Origin: Schizosaccharomyces osmophilus
Lineage: Eukaryota
Direction of reading: 5' to 3'
Length of the DNA stretch: 64,000 bases
Assembly (NCBI RefSeq): GCF_027921745.1
Contig: NC_079238.1
Span: 1,860,001 to 1,924,000, forward strand
The notes below the pieces were generated by a model. It saw only the letters and a list, made by a program, of their open reading frames with translations, had not been told where the DNA came from and searched no databases. This document shows, one piece after another, positions 37,200 to 51,233 of this stretch; position 1 is the first letter of the stretch; each line of letters opens with the position of its first letter. Position numbers and translations under genes: made by a program.

Positions 37200-39150
37200 A
37201 GCCTTATTTGAATTGTTAGGTTTACTTCATACATACAAAACCGCAGTGAACAGATTCCTTAAATATATGCGTTATTGAGTAAGTGGAGTCATACATGCTA
37301 TCCATCGTCAACAACCATTGGACTGAAGAATCTCAAAATTATCATACAAAACTAAAGAACTCTTTTAATACATTCCATTTCTTTTTATTAATTTATTAAT
37401 ATTTAGAAAATTAATTCTAAGGGCTAGTTGGTATCTAGACCATAAACAGACAGTACTAAGAAAGACGTTCGGAATGAAAGAATAAGGTTTGGAGGTGGCC
37501 TGGGTATTGTATGGTTTGATCTATGGGTAATACCCCGATCTTAAGCGTTAACGTATAAGTAAAATAGCGATATATATTACTTGCCCTTAAAAAATAATTT
37601 ACTAGGCGTAATCTATGTTAACAGCGGTTGAACGTCAGGTTTTTATGAGCAAAAGACAAGTAATTCAAGAAAAATGCTGTAACAAATGATTGTATTAAAA
37701 AATAGGTCGTTTTTCTCATGTTTCCTGCTTCTCATAAGGAACTGTTTAATTACTTCTTTTCTCAAATGAAATGAATAACCAATGGCTTCTTTGCATTCCA
37801 CCAATCAATGAAACAGTTAAACAGCTTAGTCAATAACCATACACCTATAATGGGAGCAGTTTCCTTGCTGTTTAAGCATCTACGCAACACAATCGCGAAC
37901 ATAAATTTTTGTTAAACCAAAACCCTTGCACAGTTATAAAGTCACGGCCATCATTATCCTTTTTTTTTTCTTGAAAGTAATATGGCATTTCCGTTTTTGC
38001 TGGTCGTAAAAGACTTGTTTTAAATTCGACTTCTTGTATTATGTAGTTTTGAGATGGGTTACCCCTTAAAACACGTTACGAAAGAGAACATTTGTAATCA
38101 TTGTTACTGAAATATTATGCTAGTAGTAATCAAAATTGCTTTGATATAAGTATAACTACTCGTCTGCTTAAATGCTGTGATGAAGGATTTAGCAATACGG
38201 TGTTAGGTAATAAAGCGTCTCTCTATTGACGCGTTCATAAGTCATCCATAATTAGCCAGACTTGTTAGTAACCAATAGACAATCCACATATCATAAACCT
38301 TTTTTGAATGTTTCAAATGTATTTATCTTAGTCCCTTGAACAATAAGAATCCGCAATTGAGTAACATCGACACAGAATAATTATGTACAAGAAAGCTCAT
38401 ATAATCTCATGTGATGTGTTTTGTGGGATTGATTAATTAAAACTTACGAATGTAGAAGTCAATCCTATTCAAATTACTTTTATTTGGCTTACTAATCTAT
38501 TACTGCCGTGATACAACAAGGATCTGAGGTTTCGCCCATTTCAAATGCTTTTTTCTTGTATTTGGGATAGACGGGAAAAAAATATATACCATATTTAGCA
38601 GGCATATTAAAGAAGCTAAACGAGTAGTCAAATACAAGGAAAAACAATCTTTTCTTGCAATAATTAGCCAAAGAATATTTTGTGCTTTAGTGCGTAAACA
38701 TAGCAATTCGTATTTTATTAAGTTGTAGAATATATCGTGATATGAAGCTTACAATCACAGTACAATAACATGTATCATTTTATTTTAAATATATATAGTA
38801 ATAATACACTGCAGCTGTTCGCAGTGCACAGAAAAACACTAAAATATGTTAAAATATGTTTATAACAACACATTAAATGGATCAAATCAATGATGAGTGA
38901 ACGGTCATTCTATTACTGGCTCTCTGTCCTCTTCTTTCTCCCCATTTGTATTTGCTAAAGGTAATAAGCAGTACGGCAGGTGTGAAAAGGTAATTGAAGT
39001 AATGTACGAGATGGAACTCGTTTGAATATGCGATTCGCTGTTGATTGGCGATCTCAGGGTAGGATGTACTGCACCGAAATGAATTGACAAGATTACAATA
39101 AAAATACATACTCTGCTATTGGAACTGTCTAACATTAAAATAGCGCTTCG
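37200..39150 (-). mobile_element. Fossil Ty3/gypsy pol (protease?-RT-RNaseH-integrase start)
   Basis: LMLDSS; IARKD..VFDY; RIDF; YVDCLLV (38290); DYY*HNIS; FH*LVECKEA (37781-37813); LSFAHKNLT; TH....VHCG, in gypsy order. Confidence 0.6.
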
Positions 39151-39281
39151 ATGGCAATGTGAATTTACAAGATCATTAACAAGCTACCAAGGTTCTACAC
39201 CGTTTTTGCAAATTGATTATTTAATAGTTATGACAAAAAAGGATATAGATATAACATTATAACGCAAGGTCTTTTAACAAA

Positions 39282-39352
39282 TCTTCCTTAGTATAGGGGT
39301 AGTACACCAGCCTGTCACGCTGGCAGCCCGGGTTCGAATCCCGGAGGGAGAG
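39282..39352 (+). tRNA. tRNA-Asp(GTC)
   Basis: Identical to other Asp copies. Confidence 0.97.
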
Positions 39353-39710
39353 TGACTAAATTTTTTTGCATTTATTATTTTTTGGTATTTCGTTTTTTCC
39401 TCATACTCGGGTTCTTCCTTGCAGTTGAGAACGCCATTCGATTTTGCGTTTCTAATACTGTTTTGTACATGGCTTTCTTCATCTTTGGCTGTTCACTCAG
39501 AGTCATATTCATTAAGTGCAAGTAGATGATGATGATGCATGCTATCAGGTGAAATGAGACAAAAAATTGCTAGTAAACTGACACTAAGCAAACTAAATGA
39601 AACCATCAACAATGAATAGGATAATAGCATAGATGTAGAAAAAAAATAAACATTCATCATCCATTGGATGGTTCTAAAAAAAAAAGAAAAGTTGAAAAAA
39701 GTGAAGGCTA

Positions 39711-39793
39711 TGACCGTGCCAAGACTCGAACTTGGGACCGTCTGCGAACATTGAATGTTAAGCAGAAATTATAACCATCTAAACCACACGGCC
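39711..39793 (-). tRNA. tRNA-Val(AAC), intron-containing
   Basis: Identical to 18322 copy. Confidence 0.96.
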
Positions 39794-40199
39794 TTCGTTG
39801 ATGACTTTCATTGCTTGCAAATTTTTATATTCTAATCGTTGCCGTTAAACGGACGGTGTGGCACCATTTATATGCTTCCTTTTCGTCTCATCGGGATTTT
39901 ACATGAATAAATGATGATAACAATATTTATGCAAGTACCAGAATTGAATATGTAAACTGTTGAATGTGTTAATCGAACTATACTGTGAATGCCTTAAGGG
40001 TTAAAGAGGAAGCAATCATCGGTTGTTGTATTCTATACGGGCAACAAACATGTTTGTAGCTGTTTTTGGTTGTGAAAAAAAGCAACATGAACAGTCTTAA
40101 TTCCATGAACGGCTCATGTTTGCCCTTTTATGCATAAATCAAAATTATCTGAAAATAAGGAAGTGTAATAAAACTTATTTCAACAACAGTTGACAACAT

Positions 40200-40273
40200 G
40201 GGCATGTGGTGTAGATGGTTATCACGCTTCCTTAGCATGGAAGAGGTCCCAGATTCGAGTTCTGGCTTGTCCA
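40200..40273 (+). tRNA. tRNA-Ala(AGC)
   Basis: Identical to 33585 copy. Confidence 0.96.
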
Positions 40274-41447
40274 GTTTTTATATTCCTTCAACGAACAATT
40301 CGTTTAATAGGAAAGTCTGTTGATTCTCTTTATGCTGGGCAAATTTCAAGTACCTTTCATTGTGGATATTAACAGCGACGGTACAGTAAAAAGTGACTTA
40401 CTTACGGTCCCATATTCAATAGTCAAAAGCTCCAATTTGATAAACATTTGCACAGCTTTTCTATTGCAGCTAGCCATCTGCAGGGAATCTCTTACTTTGC
40501 CAATAGTTACTACTTATTTACGAATTTTATCGTCAATGCTCTATGTAACAAAATATTATGAAATGTAGTCTTCAATTAGGTATTTTAAAACCCATATTAG
40601 TAATTTACGAGCTGAGCTTAAGTTCCTGAATATAATTTTCTTTAGAGGATTCGGTCATACTCCTCATATTTCTCAAACCGTATATTTTACAATAGTTCAG
40701 TAATTGTTTTGTGCATTTTTAAGTTTTTTATAAACTAAAAGATTAAGTAGACTTTTTTTTTCTAGCAGGTACTCAGTTCGTAGTTTGATTTAGTAAATAT
40801 TTTAAAATTAATTACTGCCACCTAAGGTTTCTATGTAAAAGGGTGCGTATAACTGTTTTACCGTACTATAAATAACTTTAGGATTGCATCAAAACTACCA
40901 TTGATGGATTGCTTTCTTGAGTTTGTCTCCGAAGTTGATAAATTTACAACAATTAACCAACCATCACTTCTAATCATTTAAACAAAGAAGTTCAAGGAAT
41001 ACCTATTGTACATCTACTAGCAAAAGAGCGACTTTCAGATATCACAACTTGCCATAACGGTTTAAATAGTTACGAACTTAGGAAAAAAATAACTCTAATT
41101 TCTTATTCAACCATCTTCACATCATACATTCAATTAGCAAACCAACTATTGCTTATATTTATAAAGAAATACAAAAATACAAAATATCTAATAATATTAT
41201 ATATAATAACTATCAAAATTGATTAAAAAGCAAGCATGAATTTACTTCATATAATATTTTAATGTTAGTAGTAAAAAATAAGGACCTTTCTCATTGCAGT
41301 AGCTATTCGTAGATTCTCTTCCTTTTTATTCATTTTCTTTTTTTTTGAAAGATTTTTATTGAGACTTTCAAAATCATATTACATAACTTCAGTCTAATCA
41401 ATTTACATTTTCTCAACCATGAATCACAAGAGCAAGTAGAAGCTAGT

Positions 41448-44400
41448 TTACGAATGTCCAGATGGAGAGTAAGAAGGACTAGTAGGGGAATAGGAGGGAC
41501 TTGTAGGAGAGTAAGAAGGACTAGTAGGGGAATAGGAGGGACTTGTGGGAGAGTATGAAGGACTGGTTGGAGAATAAGAAGGACTAGTAGGAGAGTAAGA
41601 GGGACTAGTAGGAGAGTAAGAAGGACTGGTAGGAGAATATGAAGGACTGGTAGGAGAATATGAAGGACTGGTTGGAGAATATGAAGGACTAGTAGGAGAG
41701 TAAGAGGGACTAGTAGGAGAGTACGATGGGCTTGTAGGAGAGTAAGAAGGACTGGTTGGAGAGTAAGAAGGACTGGTTGGAGAATAGGAAGGACTAGTAG
41801 GAGAGTAAGAGGGACTAGTAGGAGAGTACGATGGGCTTGTAGGAGAGTAAGAAGGACTAGTAGGGGAATAGGAGGGACTTGTAGGAGAGTAAGAAGGGCT
41901 TGTAGGGGAATAGGAAGGACTAGTGGGAGAGTACGAAGGACTGGTAGGAGAGTACGAAGGACTAGAAGGCATATAGGTAGGAGATGTAGAGTAACCTGGT
42001 GATGATGGACTGTAACTAGGAGACGTTAAGCCATACCCAGGGCTCATAGCGCTTGAAAAGGGGCTAGTATAACCAGGAGATTTAACTGAGTGGAAAGGAC
42101 TAGCACCGAGCATATTTCCATATTCACCTAAACCATCTCGACCTTCAGGTCCGCTTTGAATCAATGGTGAAAATGCTGCTGCATCGGATGAGCTAAGATA
42201 ACCAGAATCAATCATCGGCGAGCGCTCATAAGGTGTAGCAGAACCTTCAGGAATTTGTGATTTTCCGTATTCACCAACTGCTATTGAAGCGGCAGGAGCA
42301 TTCAAACTGTAATTCATCAACATGCCCTGATCGAGATAAATATCAAATGCACCAGTACCCATTGGTGCCATTTGGCCGAGCATAATATTTTCAGATATTC
42401 CTTTACAGTCATCTTTCTCTCCGCTTGCAGCCGCATCCATTAAAATTTCTACAGTTTCCTCAAAAGAGCATCTCATTAAAGCACCAGTTTCAGCGCGGTT
42501 AATACCGTGACGCGTAATTGCCATTAAATGTCCACGAGAAGTCATCACATCACAAAGGAGAGCTAAGTGTCGATAATTTACGTAAGACCCATCAAATTCA
42601 ATAACATTCCTAAGTTCCTTAAGCAACGCAGATCTAGTAGCCTCAATTCCAAGAATTTGCAAAACTTCAACAAATGAGTTCGAATATATTCTAGAGGAAT
42701 CAACACCTTCGACAGCCATTGCTTCGGTCAAATTTATTCCATCAGTTTCCAAAACCCATTCGTCACCTCTTTCAAATATACCAGTATCCTTCTGGCGAAT
42801 AACCTTGTGCTCCATCATGTAAACACGGGTAATGTTAGGAACACCTCTCAAACTAATACTTTCTAACATGTGTCCTTCAATTGTCTTCAAAAAGACGTCC
42901 TCTTCAATCAGATTGTCATCCTCCTCAGTTTTTCTATCGTCGTCACGAATAATACGACAGCGAATTATCAACTTATCAGCATTGTCTTCTGACCATATAG
43001 TGAAAAGATCGCGTTCAAAACTTTCCGCAATCTTTCCGGCCACATCACTCATACTTAGCTTTTTGTCAAGCATCTTAGCACGATCGAGTTCTAATCTCAA
43101 TAACCACGGTGATTGTTTCCATAAGTTTTCTTCTACTTCTTCATCGGGAATAGCAAAAAAGGCTTCAACAAAATCTTTATCTTCTTCAATCACGGTATTT
43201 TGTGGATCAGGATCATAATGAATCTCAGTAGCAGATGTGACCGTGCTTAAAGTAGTATGTTCAATTTGAGTCTGAATATTCTTAGCCAAGTCCATATTAG
43301 ATGCCACATGGGGTGATAAATATATAGTCAAAGACGGTGTCTTGATATTCTTTGCGACGTTAAGAATCTCCTTAAGACGAGGCACACCCAACGTTACATT
43401 TTTCGAGGAAACACCGGCGTAATGGAAAGTGTTTAAGGTCATCTGAGTTGCCGGTTCACCAATAGATTGCGCAGCTAAGGTACCAACCATTTCTCCTGGA
43501 CTTACCACTGCTTGCTGAAATCGGCTTTCAACTTCACCCATAATCCATTCGAATGCAACTTTATTCAAATGATATTCAGTGATAACCCGCTTAACAGCAA
43601 ATTTTGAGCGCAAATGAATTTGGAAAAGCAAGGTGGCGTTATTCTGTACGTCTTGAGTGATCCGGTCATCACCACGGAATATTTTAAGCTTACTCATAAG
43701 CTCATTTAAACCTTGAATAATGTCTCCGGGCATAAGATCGGATGGCTTGCGAGATTCTAAATGAAAAATCTGACAAGCATTTTGAATAATTCGTTGCACG
43801 TTTACGGGCATCGGCCATCTTGCGTCACCTTTAGGGAAAATAAAATTACACAGAAGATCTCTATCCTTTGAAAGTTGAGTAAATTCTGCATCAAGCAAAT
43901 CTTGCACATCTGGATCATTATCAATTGAGTTTTCCATAAATTGAGATATACTCCTGTCTTCCATCAAATCAATCTTGTATTTCCTTTCGAAATGCTCATT
44001 TGATAAGCGCAGAGAATCAAAAACTTGATATTCAACCAGGGTTGCATCCAAACCATCTTCACCATAAGCAAACTGGATAATGTCACCCATTGCATTGCGT
44101 ACGGTACCATCGTATCGTACCATTACATCCTCCATTGCTTTTACAAGACGACGTTGAATATAACCAGTTTCGGCGGTCTTAACGGCAGTATCAATGAGAC
44201 CTTCTCTTCCGGCCATTGCATGGAAGAAAAATTCTTGAGGTGTTAAGCCACGCAAGTATGAATTCTCAATAAATCCACGAGACTCAGGTGAATCATCATC
44301 TTTAGGAAAGTGGGGAAGGGTTCTATGTTTAAAACCAAATGGAATTCGCTTTCCTTCTACAATCTGCTGGCCTACACAGGCAGACATTTGTGAAATATTA

Positions 44401-46962
44401 ATGAAAGAACCCTTTGATCCGGCTGCCACCATTTGTTTAACATTATTGGAATTTTTCAAGCTGTGTTCTGCAGATCTACCAGCGTTGTCTCTGGCTTGGT
44501 TCAGAATGCGTGAAACCTGGGCTTCAAAAGACTCACGTAATGTCATACCAGGTTCGGGCTTTAATCTATTGTGTTGGGCATCCTGAATTGATTCTGCAAC
44601 TTGTGAACGAGCTTCTTTTACGGTTCTAGTCACTTCACGCATGGTATCGGCGTCTGCTATGGTATCACCAATACCAATACTAAATCCGTTATGCAGTAAC
44701 CAGTAGTTTACAACTTGTTGAATACCATTAAAGAACCCCTTGCACGTGTCAGGTCCCTTTTCCTTCCAAATTGTATGCACCAAACCACCTTGTGAAGCTC
44801 CCACAGTTTTCTTGTCAACAACACCATAGATAATTTCACCATTCTCGATTAGCATGCCTAAATCTGATGGGTTAAGCAAACCTTGTTTGTCATCTTCCCT
44901 CATTAAATTAATACCTTTAGGAATCACCAAGCTCAGAATCTGTTTACCGGTCCACAGAGGTCTAGGCTTAACAATTACCGGTGGAGGAACGACTCCATCC
45001 CATCCTGGTACCCAAAGCATAATATTCATGACAGCTTCACGAGTTAAAAAATTGTCACGTAATGAGAACTTTCGGACACCGGCCAATGTGTCCTGAACAA
45101 TACCCATTACTGGCTTATTTGACTGAGGTGAAACAATTTGCTTGGGAACCATAGCAATCTCCTGAATTTCAGCTCGTGTTTCTTCGGACTGTGGTACGTG
45201 CATATTCATCTCATCACCATCAAAATCAGCATTATAAGGTGAAGTTACTGACAAGTTTAGTCTGAAGGTTGAATAAGGCATAACTCGTATCTTGTGACCC
45301 ATCATACTCATTTTATGTAGTGATGGCTGTCTGTTAAAAATAACGATGTCTCCATCTCGAATATGTCTTTCTACACGCCAGCCATATCTTAAAGGAATAT
45401 CGCCGGCTCTCTTGTGATATCTTAAATCAATTCGTTCACCCGTATCGCGAATAATATATTTGGCTCCAGGATGTTCATCTGGACCGTTTCGAACAAGTTC
45501 TTGAAGATAATAAATATTATAAGGAGTAACCGTTTCGGGGTAAGTTAAGGTCTTTGCAATACTACGTGGTACACCTAATTCATCTAACGATAGATTGGGA
45601 TCACCAGTAATAACAGTACGAGCTGAAAAATCAACACGTTTACCCATTAAGTTACCACGCAAACGTCCTTCTTTACCCTTAAGTCTAGCACGAATGCTTT
45701 TTAGAGGCCTACCCGACTTCTGAAGAGCTTGAGGCTGACCTGCAATTTCATTATCCATATATGTAGCAACATGGAACTGTAATAACTGCTCGTACTCAGA
45801 CACGATGTGGGCTGGCGCGCCCTCTTGCTCGCATCTCCGAACGTTGGCATTGGCTTTAATTATATCAGATAGTTTATGTGTTAAATCGTCTTCACCACGG
45901 CTAGTTCCGTCTACTGAAATACTCGGACGAACACTAGGCGGGGGGACCGGTAAAACGGTAATAATCATCCAATCTGGGCGTGCATACTGTTCATTAAGGC
46001 CCAACCGTGCTAAATCATCTGAAGATATATGCGTAAATATAGTGTGAACTTCAAGTGGAGTAAGTAAACGTTTTTCAGGAAGGTCGGATTCGTCCTTTCC
46101 TTTTTTCCATGAACCCCACAATTTCAATCCATCTTTACGAATCGTTGGTTGGGCACTTCCGCAACCGCCATGACCCAGATTTGCTGTGGGGTTACTAGGA
46201 TCAAAATTATCGGAGCCACCAGACAAGCCAGTGTCGCAAACCATTTTTGTTTTACAAACGTTCCATACTGCATTAAGTCGGTTTTTAGGATCACGATATC
46301 GCTGTGTTTCTTGATATTTTGGATTTGACTGAGATTGTGTTAGCAATCGAGTTGATTTCGGCATGCCTTAAATAGCTTACAGGGTCAATTTTTAGCTTGC
46401 CGCAGTTCCAGCAAACACCCTCTAAAATTTTTTTGATTTTACTCAAAAATCCGATATGAAATACAGGTTTAGCAAGTTCGATATGACCTGAATAACGTTA
46501 GTGTTAAACATCTTCAAAAATTTATCATTTGAAATCTTACCGAAATGTCCAGGACAATCAGCTATCAATTCACCGCATGTTTGACATTTAAATTGACGAT
46601 CTTTTTTATGTTAGCAGATGTTCAAAAAATGTATAAAGATCATCATACCTATGGTGCCCAAACGAGGATCCAAAAGTCCACCGACTCGAGGACGTTGACC
46701 AGTTTCGTCCATCGTTTCGGGAAACTATTACTATTAACATAAAGCTCAAAGATAAAAAACTTACTTCAATCTTCGCGACACTCATGGACCGAATTTCCTC
46801 CGGAGACAAGATTCCAAATTGGACCTCTTCGACCCGGCTATAACTGTTAATTTATTGCCCTAAAGCTTTTAAATTAATTCCATACCGAAGGGGGACAGAT
46901 GAAGGTGAAAACTGGATGTTAATAAACAATTAAAACTGCTTTCTTACCTGAATCCCGCTCAT
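41448..46962 (-). CDS. rpb1: RNA polymerase II largest subunit; 7 exons (approx. 46948-46962, 46886-46911, 46766-46837, 46649-46724, 46542-46601, 46381-46488, 41448-46327)
   Basis: NADFDGD active site, CTD with 23 perfect YSPTSPS heptads, [15 protein letters not shown]-terminus rebuilt across GT-AG introns. Confidence 0.99.
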
Positions 46963-47476
46963 TCTACCTGAGTTGCAAAGATTAGGTGGTTGAACGTCCT
47001 CTGAAAAATTTAATATTGGTAATAGAAATCTTTACAAACTACATATAACGAATCTCTGTGAATATCGTTATTCATGTTATCGCCACCTATCGGATCTTCG
47101 AGAGCTTCGTCTACTAGAAGCATATTTCTTAGAAATCTGGTATATGCTTAAGACGATTTAATAGTTCTTCAACATATGGAACATTATACAGGCCACATGG
47201 GTACAGCTAGATTCTTATCAAATAAAAGAATTCAAGTGATCAATAACAAACTTTGAACAAAGCAGAATAGCTATGCTAGAGAAATGAAACTACAGTAAAC
47301 CTTACTAATTAAGGCCGCCAAGTTGATTCGTAGATAATTGATATATACAAGTGGAAAACCTATAAAAAATTTCGTATACGTATGAAACGTAAGATTAGCA
47401 ATAAAGTTCTAGTTAAATGAAATTAGAATAGCCGAGTGTTATACAAAAATTCACAACTGAGGAATTTTCCTACCGA

Positions 47477-48508
47477 TTAATTAGAAGCTGCTGTAGCAGT
47501 GGGAGCATTGTTAGGGTTAACAGAACTTTTACGGCGTTTCTTCTTGTCACGCTTTCCAACCGATGGAGAAGGGTTGACTTCAGCTTTGTCAGCAGTAGCA
47601 GATCCCTCTTCTTGCTGAGGTTGAGGTTCAACGGGAGCGTTAGTGCTTGAGCGCTTCTTCTTATTCTGTTTTTTAGAAGTAGTTACGGGAGATGACAAGG
47701 ATGCCTGAGCTAAAGGTCTAGTTTCAGAAAATTCAACATAGTTCTTGCTAGCAGGGGTAGTAGGCATGGACACGGCAACTTGGTTTCCTTCTTGGGGTTC
47801 AGCTTCGGCAGCTGCTGCAGGGGCAGGGGAAGAAGCAGATTCTCTGGTAGCTTGAAAAGCGGTCATTTCAGCGTCGTAAGTTTCGCGAAGTTTTGATGCC
47901 TCTTCTTCAAAAGGCTTGCGTTCATTTTCGTTTAAAGACGTCCACTTTTCGTGCATCGCTTTGTTGACTTCCTTCACGTCATTTCCTTTTTCACCCAAAG
48001 AATCCTTAATTTCAGAACGTTGATTCTTTTGAAACAAGTTGTAAGCGGTAGGAGGGCGCTTTGGTTGAGCGGGATCTCTGGCTTTACGCTTGCTGGGAGT
48101 TGGGGAAGCACTGGCTACCGGCTCAGTTACAGAGGAACTAGCTGGCACAGCAGAAGCGATTGGAACGGGTGCTTCTACATTAGCGTCTTTAAGAGCTGAT
48201 GTAGATGGTTCCTTGTTTGCAGTTTGTTTGGACTTTTCATTTTTGCTGGCCTTTTCTTGAGGTTTACTAACATCCCCTTTCTCAGCAATGAGAATAGGAA
48301 GGTATTCCTTAATATCTTGGCATGCTCCTAAAGCTAATTTAAAAGCATCCTCAAGTTTAGAAACCGAGTTTGAAAGCTAATAAGTTTGTTAGTGTCATAA
48401 GTTTTAAGGTAAGGAGATTAAACTTGCGCAATCTGATACTTGACACATTCGCGTTCATATATATTTAAAAGTACATACCTTTTGAAGATTACCGTGCTCT
48501 TCTGCCAT
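47477..48508 (-). CDS. hmo1: HMG-box protein; exons 48479-48508 and 47477-48376 (309 aa)
   Basis: RDPAQPKRPPTAYNLF HMG box, GTATGT intron, synteny with SPBC28F2.11. Confidence 0.88.
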
Positions 48509-49274
48509 TTTCCTGTTTTCTTTTAAAAATAGGTACAAGAATCAAAAAATTTCTTTTTTTTAGCAATCTTTCAGCGACCAAAAGACCGTAAAGCAAGAAA
48601 AGCGGTGGTCGATATTGGTGGTGGTGGTAAACCGGTTGTGGCTGTATTCCCTTACTGCGGTACTACGGGTTTAGGAAGGCAATCTGGCTTAGTAGTGCTA
48701 GGGGACGCAAGTCAAACACCTATGGGAACATAAAAAACTCGTTGAAATAATATTAACACAGATACAATGTCTGACAAAATAAAATAAAATTTCACGAAGT
48801 TGGTTCATTCATTCTATGAAATTCAGACTTAGCTTGTGTGAAACAGTTTTTTTTTATATAACCCAAGGGTAAAGCTTTTAAAAGAAGCAGCAAACTGAAG
48901 TTAAAGTAAATTTTAATTACCAGATGATTCCTTTGAGAATTTTCGCTTATTTGATTATCGTTCTAATGTCAATCTACCAAGAGTTCTCTTCCTAAAGTAC
49001 CTCTTAATGTTTTTCCATGTACTTAAAATTTAGTACCCTTATAACAATAAAACTTAGCAACCTCTGTAAGGCGATGATAAAAGAAGAATTTCCCATATCG
49101 CACGGTACATCACGAACTGGGGTTTAGTAGATGCTTTTAGCGCAGTGTAATTATAATTATTAATTCATATTACGAAATCTACCACCATCAAAGTTTGTAC
49201 CGCCAAAGACGTCGTCTGTAAAAAGGGAGAAATCGATGTCTTGAAATAATTGAATTAGAAGAGCGTTCCTTGTT

Positions 49275-50996
49275 ATGTCATTTAACCAGAAAACAGTTCC
49301 TAATAATGATTCTCCTGTAAGTTCTCCAATTAACGATATCTCTACCGATTCGGAAAACTTTTTGAGCGCCCTTAATGAAATTTCCAATTCTCGATCTGTT
49401 CCCCATGTCTCTATGCTATGGAAGCTATTATTTGAGCTTCAGAAGATTTCAAAATTTAACAATAAGTCTGAAAAGTTTTTTTCTACATACGGGGAACAAT
49501 TTCAAAGTTCCAAATCACCGCAACCGTTATCGAAAGCTTCCCCAATTTCAAATCATCAGTCTTCTGAGTCCCCTAAAGTGGATGAAGAAAAAGAGGAAAA
49601 GCGGAAGTTTTCCTCAGCGTTCGATCCTCAGGATGATGCATTGGCGTCAAAAAAGCTTAAGGGTTTACCTGCAGATGATACAGTTGATACAGTTGATACA
49701 GTTGATAAACCTGTAACAAAAGAAAACCCCGAGGAGCAGCCTGTAGAAATCGTTCGCGAAAACATAGACCTTCCTGTGAAAAGCAAGGATGATCAAACAG
49801 GAGCTTGTTATAAATCTGCAAATGAACTCGCAACAGGATCTCTTATATCTTTTATTGTTGATGACCGCATGACTTATGAAGAAAAAAAGGATTTGCTATG
49901 TGTTTCCTCTTTTCCTAAAAAGGATGTACGATGTTTAGTTGCCGGTACCCCAGTTACAGAGGACTTTTCCAATAGTAAACCAAACAACCAAATCTCGATA
50001 TCTACATTTTATTCCTTTTTAGAACCTTATTTCCGAAGCTTGGATGATGACGATGTTAATTTTTTGAAAGAAACTTCGGATGTTTCAAAAAGTTATCAGA
50101 ATCCGCCTTTGGGAGAAAGGTTTCCTGAAATCCCCCAGGAAGATGATATCAGTAATCTTTGCTCTGCTTCCATTTACCAAAGCCTTAAAACCATGCCTCA
50201 TGGCTCTATCGAATTGCTTCAGGAAATTGATACAGCAGGTGAAGATATCAGCTGCGGACCTTTAACTGAAAGGTTGATTGCATCGCTACTCCCTGATGAT
50301 GTATCAAATCAAAATAAAATGAATCCAATGGTAAATGGAAATGATCATGCTAATGATTCTCACGTGAAAAAGGAGGGTCTAGAGGATATTGAAAATGAAA
50401 AAGAGGAACTAAATGGTATGAACAATGAATTATCAATTCTTTGCGAATCAGACTTTTCGTTTTATGAAGAAAGGTTGCGGAACCGACTTCGTTCTTTTGG
50501 TGTTATATACGATGATGATATTGATTGGACAAAAAGGCAAGACGACCAAATATCTGAAACGTTGAGATCACTACAGTTCCGCCTGAAAAAGGTTGAAGAA
50601 GAAAATCAACAGAGAAAGCAAAAGATTATAGAGATTTTGCCTGAAGAAATGGCCTTTCAAGAATTTTCAGCCGTGTTAGACGACTTGGACAAACAGATTG
50701 AGAACGCATATATGAAACGAAACAGAACTTTGAAGGTTAAGAAGAAGAGAATCGTTAATGAAAAGATAAATGCTTCTGCAACAAGTTCTTATGCTACTAT
50801 TAAATCATTAATGGACAAACGATCTTTATGGTTAGAGAAATTACAGCCCTTGTTCTATAAACGACTACAGAGTGATTGTCTTCGGCCACCAAATTCTCTA
50901 TTCGGAAGTCCAGGTGACGAAATCACAAATACCTCTCCTTTTGGCAGGACGAATCTATTAGACAATGTAGACTACAACCATACTTCTGGTGTTTGA
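49275..50996 (+). CDS. ngg1: SAGA complex subunit Ngg1/Ada3
   Basis: DFSNSKPNNQI, CGPLTERLIASL, EMAFQEF..VLDDLDKQIENAY Ada3 motifs; synteny. Confidence 0.93.
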   Translation: MSFNQKTVPNNDSPVSSPINDISTDSENFLSALNEISNSRSVPHVSMLWKLLFELQKISKFNNKSEKFFSTYGEQFQSSKSPQPLSKASPISNHQSSESPKVDEEKEEKRKFSSAFDPQDDALASKKLKGLPADDTVDTVDTVDKPVTKENPEEQPVEIVRENIDLPVKSKDDQTGACYKSANELATGSLISFIVDDRMTYEEKKDLLCVSSFPKKDVRCLVAGTPVTEDFSNSKPNNQISISTFYSFLEPYFRSLDDDDVNFLKETSDVSKSYQNPPLGERFPEIPQEDDISNLCSASIYQSLKTMPHGSIELLQEIDTAGEDISCGPLTERLIASLLPDDVSNQNKMNPMVNGNDHANDSHVKKEGLEDIENEKEELNGMNNELSILCESDFSFYEERLRNRLRSFGVIYDDDIDWTKRQDDQISETLRSLQFRLKKVEEENQQRKQKIIEILPEEMAFQEFSAVLDDLDKQIENAYMKRNRTLKVKKKRIVNEKINASATSSYATIKSLMDKRSLWLEKLQPLFYKRLQSDCLRPPNSLFGSPGDEITNTSPFGRTNLLDNVDYNHTSGV

Positions 50997-51233
50997 ATGA
51001 ATAAAATTATGTTTACGAGTATCACGCTTCCCAGTTTCTCAATTTGCGGATAATATTAAACCTATATAAACTTCTAATTGACAAAAAAACTCATCTATTA
51101 TTAAACCTTTTAAATGCAATATGAGGCAATTCATAGACACAAATTCATATACAGTTCGCTATACAATCTCAGAAAATCAAATAAGCACCACGAACAAGAA
51201 AACATATCATAGATAAGCACTAACGAAGGATAT

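Noticed and set aside
37420..37660. Plus-strand DVRNERIRFGGGLGIVW resembling the Tc1/mariner FGGGSVMVW motif
   Set aside because: No QDNA or SPDLNPIE motif follows, and the opposite strand fits the RNase H part of the gypsy relic
41448..41960. 21-bp tandem repeats superficially like an array
   Set aside because: Coding sequence of the Rpb1 CTD heptads; not CRISPR
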